Assembly (NCBI GenBank): GCA_030704615.1
Contig: CM060733.1
Coordinates: 8,618,001-8,682,000 of the forward strand
Source: Takakia lepidozioides
Taxonomy: Eukaryota > Plantae > Bryophyta
Length of the DNA stretch: 64,000 bases
Direction of reading: 5' to 3'
Positions 23,288 to 37,900 of this stretch are shown here, piece after piece (the first letter of the stretch is position 1; every line of letters begins with the position of its first letter). The notes under the pieces are model-generated. The model was not told where the DNA came from. It did no database searches and saw only the letters and a list, made by a program, of their open reading frames with translations. Both the position numbers and the translations under genes were made by a program.

Positions 23288-26200
23288 TCAACCCAGAGTC
23301 GACAGTGGGTTGAGGTCAACTCCAAGTTCAGAAAACGCTGCCGAAAGTTTGTCCACCAGCTTTGCCAGCATCAGCTTGAAACCTGCAGAACTTTTGTCCA
23401 CTCCATGTAACTCATTCTCCAGCAACGTCATCACTTCTGTATGATTATCCACCAGGGAACCGACCTGCAAGATTTGAGTTTCATTCTAGTCTCAGTAAAA
23501 TTCATGGAGCAAACAAATAGGAGTATACATATATTCAAAAGAACGTCTGCTCACTTACATACAGAAAGACCAAATGCAGAAGCTCTCGATTCAAACAAGC
23601 CAAAGGCTGTCGTCAGGTCTCTTTTCTTTCTCTAACTCCCTATTTGTAGCTCCAAAATTTCCGACCCACCAATGCCCCACTTGCAGGGTTCTAGTGCAGG
23701 CTCCTGTCAAGGGTAGGACACAGGCTCCCTTCAAGAGACAAAACTGAGACCCCCAACCGGGGGAAATGTACATTATCAAAAGCTGTGTTAACAAATAAGA
23801 CGCATGAATAAGGATGTACCGGAGCACCTCCCAGGTAGGCCTTGCACGCCCGCAGTACTCCAGCTCCCCGTAGCACAAAATGCTGTTGAATAAGGTCCTC
23901 CAAATGCTGCAAGTGACAATTATCCTCATTAAATCTTACGTCTCCCACCAACTTTCCCTTCTGAAGAGAATGAGATCTTTGTAATCCTTCAGAGAAGCAC
24001 CTGGACAGTCAAAGGATCTTATAATTCAAGAGGTGGCTACAAGACTATCCCGAGCCACCCATGTACTTACATAACACAAAACGACACGGCAACTAGGGAG
24101 AGGCTTCACTGCCAGAGCAGGAACTCACCATTGGGGGTCGACGGAGAAGGTAGAGCATGGACTTGCAAGACAGAAGGAAGGCATTCTCGTTGTACACAAT
24201 TGAATTCTTCTCACCCTCCGCAGTGCCCGTTTGGCGGTCATAGCCTGCCTCATTGAAGTAAGGCTTTGCATTTAGCACCAAACCCTGAATGGACACTAGT
24301 AATTGCAACATGCTCGAGGTAGATGGGTCCCATACTTCAGTCCCCTTGCCTGTCCATGTGTTGAGGAGGCTGAGGCAAACTTTCCCGTTCTCATATAAAT
24401 TTGGGTTCAATCGCAACCCACCTGAGTGATAAAATACCCTCTGCCATTCATTCAAATACAGGGAACCTTAGTTATGACCTATGTACATAGCTTCATGTTT
24501 GTGTAGCTTCAAAGAACAGAGCCTAAAGAATATGAAACTATTTCTGGCAAGAGGGGATTGTCACATCCATAAGCCATGATGCAACCAACTTGGTGGAGCC
24601 GAAAATTGCTATCATGAAACCTCCCTTCTATCGTCAAGAAAAAAATTAATTTTGCTGCACCCTTGAATCCACAGTCACAAGAAGCCAGGAGTATTGAGGT
24701 CATATTTGCAAGCTAATGAGACATGAAAGAGCTTCCTGAACTGGTATAGAACCACTTGAGGCCCTTAAGTTATGTTTCACAGAATTACGTCTAACGTCGT
24801 GGTTTTCCCAGCATAGACAGTTAGAACATGAGGAAGAAGACTTACTGGGGGTATATTGGGGTAGTCAAAGGGAAAATACAAGTCAAAAACAAAAAGGCCG
24901 TCATGGTATGGTGTGCCGGGTGCACCCACAATCACAGCTCTCAGCAAATCCATTCGATCCTCATACACCCGCACATAGATTGTATCTAATACACATGTCA
25001 AGAGAAGTGAGTTGCCTGTCAAGAAGTACACATGTACACCCCAAGCAGATACTGCCGAAATGTCAACCTTTGAGAACACAAGCTAGACCAAATCTTTTTC
25101 CCCACATAAAAGAGATTCTTGAGGGTGTAATTTTGAAGATAGAAAACACATGACCATATAGCCTGGATTTGTCAAACACGCTAACTACAGACAAATGTAA
25201 TCTGAATTGTGTGTCACTCTTCATAAAGGTGACATGGTGTGGAAGTACCAGGTAGGTTCTTCTCAAGGATGCTCCAATCATCCTGTATCTTCTTCACCCA
25301 TTTCCGTTGATTGCCAAACTGCCACCACACACAACAAAATAAGTCAGCAGAGTAGACTCTCGTCCATCCAAAATTGCATATGCTGCCCACTGTACAGCCC
25401 TGAAGCGGAACATGGACTGCACCTCTGTAGTGAGATTTTTGGGCATCATCACCACATGATCACATCCATGATGCATGGGGGGGCATCTGTTCAGTAGTTT
25501 GAGCTAAGTCCATAACTCCAATGCGAACTCAATTTACTCAAATCAGATCTATCGAAGGTCATTTCTGCAAGATACATGTCAGAAAAGTATTGGTACACCA
25601 AACTAGAATTCAAGAAAATGGAAAGAGCCAGCTACAGATGAACCATTTTAGCAACCATAATAGATAGCACTGTATTGGAGGAGGGTGGTTTGTTTGCTTG
25701 AATTTGAGGTGAAAAGGAAAATGTACGCACCTGAGTTGGCTTCTATGGCCTTAAACCCTCACCTGAGTCAGAAGAAAGGGTGGGAAAAAGAGAGCCCAAT
25801 TTCTAGGGTGCAGAGGTAGGAGTGGCAATACCTGAGCAGTCTCTCCGAAGAAATGGTGGTCCAATGGATCTGAGACACTGTCAAAATGCTTGAAATCCCT
25901 AAATAGTATCGCCTTCCTTTGAGCCTGCTCCTCCCCAGTGATTTTCTCAGCTTCAGCATGCTGGGTACTTGGTTGTTGCAACAGACCAGCTGCTGCAGTT
26001 GTATCCGCATATTCTTGGTAGCTCTCTGATTGACCCGAAGACTCCGGAGAAGGAGCTGACCTGCCACTTACGTTGCTGTGATCCGGAGCAAGGCTGACAG
26101 AATCATCCAAGGAAGTGGCCTTGTCCTCGTCCTCTTCTCTGCCAGCAGATGTCGCTGAGCTCTCCAACATCCTTACAGCATCCCTGCTGCTAGAAGATGA

Positions 26201-29200
26201 GCGATCCACCACTCGCCGTGAGTCAACCGGGCTGCCAGCTTGCTCACCATCAAGTATCTCTTCCAAACCGTGTTTTGAATTTACACCCTCAAGTCCAATC
26301 CAACTCACCCCCCCCTCCCCCCTCCGACCGGCCCTGAACCCAAGCAGTCCTGCAGCCAAACGCGAAACGAGTCCTATGCATGCAGAGATTGGACCCCGGA
26401 AACGTCGTGGATTGCAGGAGGAAGGACTAAGCACTGCCTCTACTGCATTCTTTCTCTCCTTTGGCTCTGGATGGCCATCCCTCTGATTCCCATCTGAGGA
26501 CGGTGAGTCAGCTTCATCCCCAGTGTGTTCTTCAAGGCGACCAGCTGCTTCTAGTAGTTGGTCCCACGGTGCTCTCAACTGCCAGCAAAGACCCAGATGT
26601 CATTGCCAGCATCAATCACTCCAAAATACAGAAATCAATTTCTCCCGTCACATTGTTGGGATTAAAGATAGAGTACAGGAGATCCATAAATTCCAAACTA
26701 TGACAAAGAAGAAGAACTCCACACAAACTGAGACTTTCAGAGAAAAAAAGTTATACTGCTACATCAAACATGATATCATAACCCACCACATTTGAACAAC
26801 AACAAAAGGTGATATCTAGGCATAATCATTATCGAAGTGAAGGCTTGCCACCCAAAAGATCAGAAGCACATCCCAAAGCATAGCTACGCTTAGCACTGTC
26901 AGAGTGAAGGTTGACAGCTAGGGACAGACAGCAATGTACTTTGACTGTCTCCATGATGCAATAATCACAGCAAATTCCTCACGTAATGCCAACCTCCTGG
27001 CAGTGGGCTGTGTCTAAGGTGTGAAACTCAGACGATACGGTAAAAAATTCCAATCTGCAATTGAGAAGCAGTGACTGTCAGGGGCGTTGGAGCACGCGGG
27101 GTCCAGCCCTTGATGAAATAAGGACTTCTCCGGCGATACCAGCAGGCTCAGTTACTGAGGTGGATGGAAACACTCAGGGCCCCACTGTGGCTCTCAGACA
27201 TTGGCAATCTATCCTTGGTATGGTAGCAATCAGTAATTAGCCCATCAGTTCTCTACTTTGGGTTCAGTCACCTAACTTGACCCCTCCCACAAGGACCCCC
27301 ATAACTTTTCCAATTCATGGCCAATCTGAGAATTTCCACTTTGAGATTATTTCCTGTCTTTGGCTACAATTCTAATCCAGAGAGTGTGGATTTGGGTAAA
27401 AGGAGCCTCTGCAATCTGCTGTCAATCAACTGGGAGACTGGTCCCTCTACCCTAGTTGTCAAAGAGGTAGGACAACCAACAACCATCAGAATACTTGGGC
27501 TTACAGATTGTAGACAGAGCTTCCATACATTCACCACTGTAGCCGTCTCTGTAAACCACATGCAACATGTGGCTTTGTAGTTGTATTGCTGGCTACATTG
27601 CAAAGTTAAAGCAGCAAGGAGAGCAGAGAAATAGAGAGACAAATACTCTGCACACAACCTCATGCGCACGTTGGGCAGTCTCATCAGAGGAGTCCATTGT
27701 TTCCCAGCTGGCAGCATCATCACCATCATTGTCATCCAGGTCTTCAAGGTCACTCGTATGTGCTGATGAAACATCATCGTCATCACGGCTCACCACAAAT
27801 ATAAGCTCTGGTCCCACCTGTATAGAACTCCACATACACAGGAGCTGCCTCATTCAATATGGAAATATTATCACGATGATCTATATGCCTGCAAGCACCC
27901 AACCTGGGAATCCAACTTGACTGTAATGCACTTTAGTACATTGGTTATTCCCTCACCTTAGGTAACATTGGCAGCTTCCCACAGCTGAAGTTAAGCTACT
28001 CGAAAACCAGGGTTCACAAGATATTAGAGATCACAAGATGTTGAAAAAGCTCATGATACATTTGAAGCTCACAGTGAGAGGAGGCTATTGCCATATTTCA
28101 GGACCGGACCATACTGCCCATGGTGGCATTCTGTCACCCAAAGAGAAGCAAGGCAAGTCTCCACCTTGGAGCTAGGATTGAAACATGCGCCTCCAACCTG
28201 GATGAAATCCTTGGGCATACAGTTACTGTAGCTGTCCACAAAGGCTAAACAAACTAATCCTTGAAAACAGAAACTCTGAAACATTTTTCAGGCACACTCC
28301 AGCCAAACATACTGGTCAACTTATCTCAATAAGCTTGAATGTTTCACAGACTGTATGCCTTTGTAGTTTTGTGTTGGCATTCCTTCAGCTTATAGAGCTT
28401 AGTACTGCATACACAACTTCAGTGTTGATATGCAAGGCCAAAGCACAGATAGTACAATCAGCAGAGGCAGAAAGAGGACCTTGGACACTACACCATCAGC
28501 CCATGCCACCTCAATATCTCCATCATGAAGACCAATGATGAGACCAGCCCAGGACAAGTCAACACGCTCCAACTTGCCACGGTGACCAGCCCTCCCCTTG
28601 CGTCCGCGTCGCTTAGAACCCCTCTCTTTCCCAAAGATATCACTATCAGTTTCATCAACATCAACCTCTGAGTGCCCTTCCAGCCCTGATGAACCTGTCC
28701 CCTCAGACTCATCTCCAGGAAGGGGTTCTTTGGAAGGTCCCACTGATAAACGGATCACAACATCCCCAAGACAATAGCCGTAATCAGGGTGCTCCACAAG
28801 CTCGTACACGCTAACAGTCTCTTCGTTGTCAAACTCCCGGGGCTCATCAGGGCCCTGGAGCAGCTTCAACCATCGTACCACAGCTGTTCGCTGCTTTGCA
28901 TCTACACTTTTCACAATACCTACACAAACACATTTATAACTAAGTCACATTGATGACCACTGGTGAAGAAAGAATCAGAAAAACCTGAAATCTGGACTGT
29001 CAGACCTGAAACAACACACAAATTTCAGAGTAGGTAATATATGCTTACTCATCCCTAGAAGAAGCAGAAAGAAAAAAGGATACATGTATTTGGCTACTTC
29101 AAAAGGTGACAATATGGGATATGAAAGATAGATCTCTCACTGAGCTAGACATCTAGGTGAATACCTCTAACCCCATGTGGAGAAAATGGAAATTGAAACA

Positions 29201-31188
29201 CTTCCCTCAACCATGGAACCTGTACTGGTCCTAGGGTTCCTAATATGTGCTAAAATCTCAAAGACTTTGAAATAAGACCAGCAAGAGAGAGAAAGAATCT
29301 GACCTGCACGACGCATTTCATTGTCAAGTCCCTCCCCATCAGAACCTCGCTCCAAGACATACTGCTGAGGCCAAAAATCATGGTCCCCAAGATGATCCAC
29401 TGGAATGAGAGAGGATGCATTGACCTTGTTCGAAAGCGTCCCGTCCTGCCACAACACATCCACAGTTGTAGTTGTGCTCACCACAAGGGCTGCACATTCT
29501 GCAGCTTTCTCCTTCTTCAGAGCCTTTTTTTCTTTCTTTACTGCTCGCCACTGCTGCTGCTTGGTTGATCGCCGTTTATGCAAAATCAAGCTGTCCTGGA
29601 CCACCTCACAGGTAAGGGTAGCTTCTGAGGCAGCACACTCTCCCGTCAAATCAGAAGCCACAGGGCTTCCATGCCCCGCAGGTTCCATCTCCAATGAGCA
29701 TTCGTCTGACCCTGTTGCCACCTCACCAGCCCCAACTGTGGTGGCCTTAAACTTGAACCCTGCTGGAAGCAGGGTCCGATCCCCCAGCTGCCAGTTTGTG
29801 TGCAAGAAATATGTCATGGGGTGCAGATTATGGGGGTCCTGTTGCTCTGCAGGCACTGTTGTTGACGCCTTACCTGCTGAGGTGGTGCCCGCAGCAACCC
29901 AATATACAACCACTGACCCCGCCTCCACATCTACCACCACACCTTCCATGCGGCTGCCCTTCCAGTTGCTACGCAACCACTTCGCACCCTTAAACACACC
30001 TGATGAAGTAGCTCGCACTCTTTGGCCCGGATAATAGGGAGACCCCGTATCGTCCATAAGGCTCTCTGAGATCGGCAGGAGTCGATCTGTGTCTGCACGA
30101 AGAACTTTACATTTAGCCCCATCGTCGAACAGGACAGTCACATTGTCGATCACTTCTTCAACACGGCCAAGCCACATGCCATGAAGTACGTAATCCCCGG
30201 GCATGAATGTGCGCACCTGTGACCAATAATTGAAGAGTTTTGAATGTGTAAAGCATATTAACACAGAATTGAGTCTATTCAACCTGCTACCAACGTAATG
30301 GAAATCATCCAACAACACGTTTGTGCACAATGACCTGTGAAGCAAACATGGTCAAAACAGCTTTCAAGGCGACAGGAGCTTGTGCGAGTGATAAATCTCC
30401 AGGGATACGCCCAATCTTGACTCGGTATAAATAAAACGTGCTTCAAGGAGTAATAGGTTCGACATACCCTCATTACTCTAAGCCGTGAGGTTTTGATAAG
30501 AATGATTAAGTAAAAAAGATTTCACAATCTCAAAATTCTATGGTTAGCTCAAACAAATGAATTTCTCAGGCTCTATCCACATACCTGACCGGAAGTATAC
30601 TCTACCAAAAAATGGTGCTGAGAGGTTCAGTAAGCAAGCCAACAAACCTAACAAGCCTGAGAGCCATCCATGCAAAGCTACCAGCTCCATCACTAAAGCT
30701 TGAGACGATTGAATTCAGAAAGCAAAATCAAACAAGAAGTCCTGTCATCTTTGCGGCAAATTGAAAACAAGACGAAGCAGGAGCCTCACTCGTCGTAACC
30801 TCCTGCTGTCAAGCTCTTTCACAAGTTCGTTAGTTGGAAGCTCCAAATCCACAAACAGCTGCACGTCCACCACTGTACCAGTTTGTCCCAATGGATCTGC
30901 TGTTGCAGCAACAATATCGCCGTGCAAGAAAGAGCGATCTACAACACAAATATCCGACACCTTCTCGGTCGTTTCTTTCGAATTGATCCAGACGATACGC
31001 GCACATCCTTCTGCAACATATTTTTCAGCCTCTTTATCGTCTTCATCACTGTCTGAAGTGTCCGAGTCTGAAGAATCCCCTGCAACTTTGGAGACCAAGC
31101 CAAACACCTCCGGCTGTGATAGACTATGCACCACGTCTTCTCTAAAGAGCTGCACCTCTGCCACACTCCCGCCCTCACGCTCCACCAT
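23288..31188 (-). CDS. UBC23: UBC23/UBE2O-like large E2 ubiquitin-conjugating enzyme, multi-exon
   Basis: Exons encode [93 protein letters not shown] and catalytic [18 protein letters not shown]. The N-terminus fits UBC23 better than PHO2 (from memory). Confidence 0.88.
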
Positions 31189-32128
31189 AGCTGACCTATA
31201 CAACTTTTTTACTTGCAAGCTCCGCAACACGAGCTTCAAATCCGAGGCCCTCTTGAAGATTTATCTATAACACTCACGATTCTGAGTTTCTGGCATCCCT
31301 GCCTACATAGAGATTCTTTGCCTTCAAGACCTCCCAAATTCCAGGCTGTTTCTCAAAAGCACATAATCAGCCTCCCGTCCCTTCCGGCTCAGACGTGAAC
31401 AGGAGCCACGCAACCTTCCCCCCCGCTGAAGAATCCTCCACTCGAGACCAGTTCATTAATACACTCGAAGGACCTTAGCCGCGTGTACCAAACGTGAGAA
31501 ACTCGACCTTCTCCCTTGATCTTATATCGCCACCTCTATACAAACCTTCTTTTCAGAGGCAGGGGAGGTGAGTCTGCGAAACCATGCACATTGGCACATG
31601 AGAAGTGGCACCGAGAGAGAAGAGAAAGCTTTCAAACTAATCTACAAAATTCCACAACCTTCACACCCGGCTCTACTCTCACAATCTACTCGAATCCAGC
31701 ATATCCCTCTGCCTCACTCCTGCACTTATCAACAGCAGCATGAACCCTAACAACAATCCAATAAGTACTTACCTTATTCTCTGCTGCCCTCATTTTCTGG
31801 CAATCTTCCTCCCTGTCTGCAGCAGCAAGCACCGAGAGAGGGGGTTCTGTCCTTGCACACGAAGGGTTTTGTGAGCCACCTCTTATTTGACTCCATTCTG
31901 TACGTGGCACCTCATTATTAGCCAACTCAGTATTACCCCAGGTCTACCCAATCGTCTTCGACAGCAACTCAATACAATATTCCACGTGTCCCCTGGCAAG
32001 TGGTGTCAATAATGACCCAGTCTTTTGGGCCAATCGTATCTTTTCACATATACACTTTTGTCCTGTGAATAGGGAGGGGGGTTTGCCGCAGTCTCGCTGC
32101 AGAGCTTCGAAGGTTTTGAGCTGCAGCC

Positions 32129-34438
32129 ATGGCGTTGCCTTGTGGCTTTGAGGCACGCTTGCAAGAGATGAGGCAGACCTGGCAGCAGCGGATTCAGGTT
32201 CTTGAGGTGCCTCCTTGTTTTTCCTTTTCCCCTTTTTTGATGAAGGCTTAGATATTCGTCTGTCTCTCCTCCCTCCTTTCTTACTGCTGAAATCTATCTT
32301 ACGTCGGCCATCTAGCGTCTGAACTCGAAGGAATCAAATCGGTTGCGCTTGTCATGGCTGATATCTCACTATGGGATATTCCTCGCAGGAAGAGAAAAAG
32401 CTGCAGAAGACTAAGAAACTCTTGCTCCAAGAAAAGACCCAGGAATTGCGGGAGATTCAGCACCGGCGCTTGGTCTTGAAACAAGAGACCGCTGGAACGT
32501 ACTGCAAGATCATAGCCAAAGAAGATGAAATACAGGCCTACAAGAAGAAGGCTAAAGAGTTTGCCTCCAAGCATCGGTATGGTGCTTTCCAACATGCCAG
32601 AGAGGTCATTAGACTCTATCCTCATTGTTGCTGAGTCCGAGGCCATTCATGCAAGGAAAAGCGGAGTATGAACGAGAGTTGATCGTTGTACAGATACCTA
32701 TATGGTTCAGAAATGTCTGGTGCATTCGCAGAGACTTGGGACTTGAAGTGGATGAACTGGAGAAGCAATCAGAGATAAATGATGAAATTTATGCCCGCAC
32801 TAGGAGCCAGATGCAGCAGTTTGACCAGGCTGTTGAAGAGCATATGTCGGGCTTACGACTGGAGGTTACCAAACTGCAATTGGTTGCTGATAAGGTGGGT
32901 ATTCCAAATGCATGAACCTTCACCTCACTGGTTCTTTCCAGGTATACTGACTGAAACCAAAACCTCACAGAAGTTGGGACTCACAGGACATCCATGGACT
33001 TCCGTGCAGCTGGACTCAGAACTACGACAGGTTAAGGAGGAAGCTGTACTTTCAGACATGGATGTCGAAATTGCAGTGCAAGAAAGGAGAAGGGGAGAAC
33101 TTCACGCAAGGCAAGAGGAGCTTGCACGCAAAGCTGCTGAGAGTAGCTTGACCAGCGACCATCTTCGAAATGAGCTGGAAATGGCCCGTCGACAGCAGGT
33201 ACGCCCAGCTAATTTTTGTCAATTGTTAATGAAGGAATGGAAACTGCTGGCAGCAAATTGCGAAAACAGTAAAAACTGTAGTAGTATCAATGCTCCAACT
33301 GGAGATAAGCTGTGTTGTAGTCCAGACTGTGCTTTTTCACACACTACCCTTCCAACCGACTAAAATGCATTAGATTAAAATCTCTGGCTGCCACTCAACT
33401 ATGACCTTATCAAAGGTTTAGGAAATCCGCACCACAAGCTGTGGATTTGTCATTCCAAACTGGATAAAATGCACTGAGGCAAGTGGAAGCGTCAATAAAA
33501 TGGCAGTTGCTTCTATGCAAGCATTTTTCTCTCCTATGTTTCAAATTTGACATGGACCTTGGTGTTGCAAGCCACAGCAACAGCTTTGTTCCTAAGCTCT
33601 TCATAGCCAGTCTGGTTGACATGTCTTGTACGTTTCTCCCAGAACCATTTGCCAGTTTGATGGGTTTAGGGCTTAGGGTTCCAGTGGCTGCCCAGGCATT
33701 TTGTTCCCCAAACTTCTAGAAATATGACCTACAACTCTCCCCCAATTTGTGAGGCATGACCCTGGTGTCAAATCAAACTAGTAGAACCTATGTTGGTGTC
33801 TTCTTTGTGTCCATCAAATGGGTAAATCTGTGGGAAGGTATAATTCTCGTGCGCGTATTACCTGGTGAGGGTGGAGAAGGATCAAGACAGAGGGATTGGC
33901 CTTTTGCTTAGTTTTCCAACACCTCCTGACAAATGTACCTCCCTACAAAACCATTGCTTTTCATACTTAGGAAAAAGCAATGCTGATAGACATGAAGAGA
34001 TTTCCTACACATTATCAGATCACCTTTCTTGCTGTTGATGATTAAATTGGTTACCATTGATGGCAGGAGGAGAATGCAGAGATACTTTCATTTGATATTT
34101 GCATGCACAAGGATGAGAGAAGGGTGATGGAGTTGCAGCTTCAGAGTCTTGAAGCTAGCATCTCTGAGATGACGCATCTGGGTGGTCAGCGGGAAAAGTC
34201 TGCACTCAACTCTCCTAGTTCAGAGCATAATCTGGACTGCAGATCAGATGAACATTTGCCACATAGAAAAGCGGGACAGCAGAAACATGTTAGAAGAATA
34301 AAAGAGAGAATGTTTTTGAGACTGCACACTCAGAACCAGAGGATCTTGTTCCAGCTGGATGCTAATCTTTTGGCAGACAACATGGCTCTTTTACCAAGTG
34401 CTGTTGCCTCTGCGTTTTTCAGACATTCGCTTTCTTGA
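32129..34438 (+). CDS. Coiled-coil protein, probable SCEP2-like synaptonemal complex central element
   Basis: Phase-consistent exons 32129-32206, 32389-32576, 32732-32894, 33010-33198 and 34067-34438. MALPCGFEARLQEMRQTWQQRIQVLEEEKKLQ...RRLVLKQ...LEVDEL...EIAVQERRRGEL recalls the angiosperm At3g28370 family. Gene model is solid; family assignment is from memory. Confidence 0.6.
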
Positions 34439-34973
34439 TGATCCCATTCAAGGAATGCTCGAACAGGGTAATTGTGAGTCTATTATAGTGTTAACAGAGA
34501 CAATAGATCCACTGTCGTCATGTAGTCTTTTTCTGGGTTCTGGAATTATGAACATAGTGGAACCCCTAATTAGAACCAACTGTATAGAACGTAACATCCT
34601 ACCAATTGGTTGCTTCCTGTAACAACTTGCATATGGATGGCAGGGAGCTCCTGGACTGGGACTTGAGGCTGCAAGAACGGAGAAAGACCTTACAGAGATT
34701 CAAATGAGTGCTTAGATCCACTGTACATGATCTCCAGCCAATACAATGCACCTAGTCTTCTCTTCATGCCCACTCTTCCAGGTCTCTCTGCACCTCTAGT
34801 GGGATAATTCTTTCCAGGACTTTACTGGCAGTGTCCCATAATCATACTTGAATTGATCATGCCCATTGTAAAGCTTGCCAAAATCACCTTGGCTTTTGAG
34901 CTTCACTTTGAAGTGACCAGTTTGAAAACATCGTTCGTTCCCTTTGAAGCTGTGCACTTGAACATCAAGTATA

Positions 34974-37900
34974 TCACCAATAATCCCCGCAAGAACAAAG
35001 CCCGTCGTGGAAGTGGTGAAAGCGGTTACCATCCCTTACAACTACTGCTCGCCCAACAATCTTTGAGATCAATTTGGTGGCATTATGACAGTCACCACAC
35101 ATCCGAAGGTTATTGATGACGCGGATAGGTGTCCCTGGGGGTGTGCTGATGAGCCCAAAAGCTATGGCTAGCTTCTCACTGTGGTGCAGAAGACAAAGTT
35201 CCTTTTGCACCTCCTCCAAATCATGCAAAACAAACCGTGTGTCAGGCACATACCCTGCCTTCTTCAACCTCCCAGACAATCTCTCTAGCTCAGCATGGAT
35301 TTCCTCAATTTGAGGATGCAATGTTTCTTCTGCAAAAAATGTATGTACCAGGTTGTCCACCTCAATGCAGCTGTGTCCTGGCTCCTTTCTGACACCTTTC
35401 ACCTCCATCATTTTTCTCACCTTTGCTTTATCATCCCACCTGCCAGTTGCTGCATATATGTTGGACAGCAGGATGTAAGCTGAGTGTTGTGGATCACTCT
35501 TGAGAATGTTTTCTGCTGTACGTACTCCTAGCTCTACATTGCCATGAATTCTGCAGGCAGCTAGCAAGGGCCCCCAAACTGAAGCATCCGGTTGCATAGG
35601 CATTCTGTTAATGACTTCCTCTGCCTCATCCAATCGGCCTGCACGGCCGAGCAGGTCCACCATGCAGCCATAATGCTCCCTTGTAGGAGTCAGACCATGA
35701 TTTTGACTCATGGACTCAAAGTAACGGCGGCCTTGATCCACCAGGCCCACATGACTACATGCAGAGATAAGAGATAGAAAGGTAACACCATCTGGCTTGA
35801 AGCCTTCCTGTTGCATCTGTTCAAATAGTTGCAGGGCCTCCCCACCACACCCATGCTGACCATATCCTGCGATCATGGCACTCCATGAGACCACATCTCG
35901 TTCTGCTATACTGTCAAACACGCGGCGTGCATCCTTTACACTGCCACATTTGGCATACATGTTAACAAGGGTATTTTCCAACTTAACAGATGACGTAATT
36001 CCAGCTTTGACGATGTCAGCATGGATCTCTTTGCCCTTTTCCAGAGCTCCTAGGCTGGCACACGCATTGAGAACACAAATGAAAGTGACAATGTTAGGTG
36101 CTACCCCTTCCCGCTGCATTTCCTCATACATCTCAAAAGCCTGCCTAGCAGACCCCTGCTGAGCATATCCTGCAATCATGGCACTCCATGAGACCACGTT
36201 CCGTTCAACCATGTTCGCGAACACTTCGTGCGCACTCTTCATGCTCCCACATTTGGCATACATGTCGGCAAGGGCAGTCTCCAGAACGATATCTGGCACA
36301 ATTCCAGCTTCAATGATGTCAGCATGGACCTGTTTGCCCTTTTCCAGGGCTTCTAGGCTGGCACACGCATTGAGAACACAAATGTAGGTGACCTCATTGG
36401 GTGTCACCCCTTCCCATTGCATTTGCTCATACATCTCCAAAGCCTCTCTAGCAAACCCATGCTGAGCATATCCTGCTATCATCACACTCCAGGAGACCAC
36501 ATTCCGTTCAGCCATATTGTCGAATACTTCATGTGCATCTATCATGCTCCCACATTTGGCATACATGTCAGCAAGGGCAGTCTCCAGGACGGTGTCTGGA
36601 ACAACACCAACTTTATGTATGTCAGCATGGACTTCTTTGCCCTTTTCCAGCACTCCTAGGCTGGCGCATGCACTAAGAATGCAAATGAATGTGACTCTAT
36701 TAGGAGTCACCCCCTTCTGTTCCATTTGGTCATAAACCTCAAAAGCCTCCCCAGTACATCCAAGCTGAGCATATCCTGCAATCATAGTGTTCCATGAGAC
36801 AACATCTCGTTTAACCATGTCATCAAACAACTCTCGTGCATCCTTCATGCTCCCACATTTAGCATACATGTCGACAAGGGTATTTTGCAAATTAATATAG
36901 GATCCAACTCCAGCTTTGATGATGTCAGCATGGACCTCTTTTCCCTTTCTCAGATCTCGGAGGCTTGCACAAGCATTGAGAATGCAAATGAATGTGATCT
37001 TGTCAGGCTTCACACTTTCTTTCTGCATTTGCTCATATATCTCAAAAGCCTCCATGGAACATCCGTGCTGAGCATATCCTGTGATCATGGTGTTCCATGA
37101 GATCACATCTCGTTTAGGCATACCATCAAACACTTTCTGTGCATCCTTCATGCTCCCACACTTGGCATACATGTCGACAAGGGCATTTTCCAAATTAATA
37201 TATGACCCAATTGCAGCTTTGATCGAGGCGGCATGGACCTCTTTGCCCTTCTTAAGATCTCGACGGCTGGCACACGCATTGAGAACACAAATGAATGTGA
37301 CCCTGTTGGATGTCACCCCTTCCTGTTGCATTTGCTCATAGATCTCCAAAGCTTCTTGAGCACATCCATGCTGAGCATAACCTGTGATCATAGCATTCCA
37401 TGAGACCACATCTCGTTTAGTCATACTATTGAATACTTCGCGTGCATCTTTCATGCTCCCGCATTTGGCATACATAGCAGCAAGGGCAGTCTCCAAAATG
37501 ATATCAGGTCCAATTCTAGCTTTGATGATGTCAGCATGAACCTCTTTCCCCTTTTCCAGGGCTCTTAGGCTGCCACAGGCATTGAGAATGCAAATGAATG
37601 TGACCATGTTAGGCGTCCACCCCTCCTGTTGCATTTGCTTGTATATCTTGATAGCCTCCCTACCACACCTATGTTTGGTATATCCAGCTATCATTATGTT
37701 CCAGGTAAACGTATCTCGTTCAGGCATTTTGTCAAACAGTTGGCGTGCATCCATCACACTTCCACACTTGGCATACATGTTAATAAGGTTGTTGAGTAAA
37801 GAGATGTTGGGCTTGACTCCCCTTTGAAGAATGTGGGCATGCACCTGCTTTCCTTCTGCTAGGCTTTTCAAATTGGTGCACTCCTGCAAGATACAGACAT

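Noticed and set aside
23288-31800. PHO2/UBC24 with miR399 sites
   Set aside because: The N-terminal region fits UBC23 better, and I saw no miR399-complementary sites in the leader.
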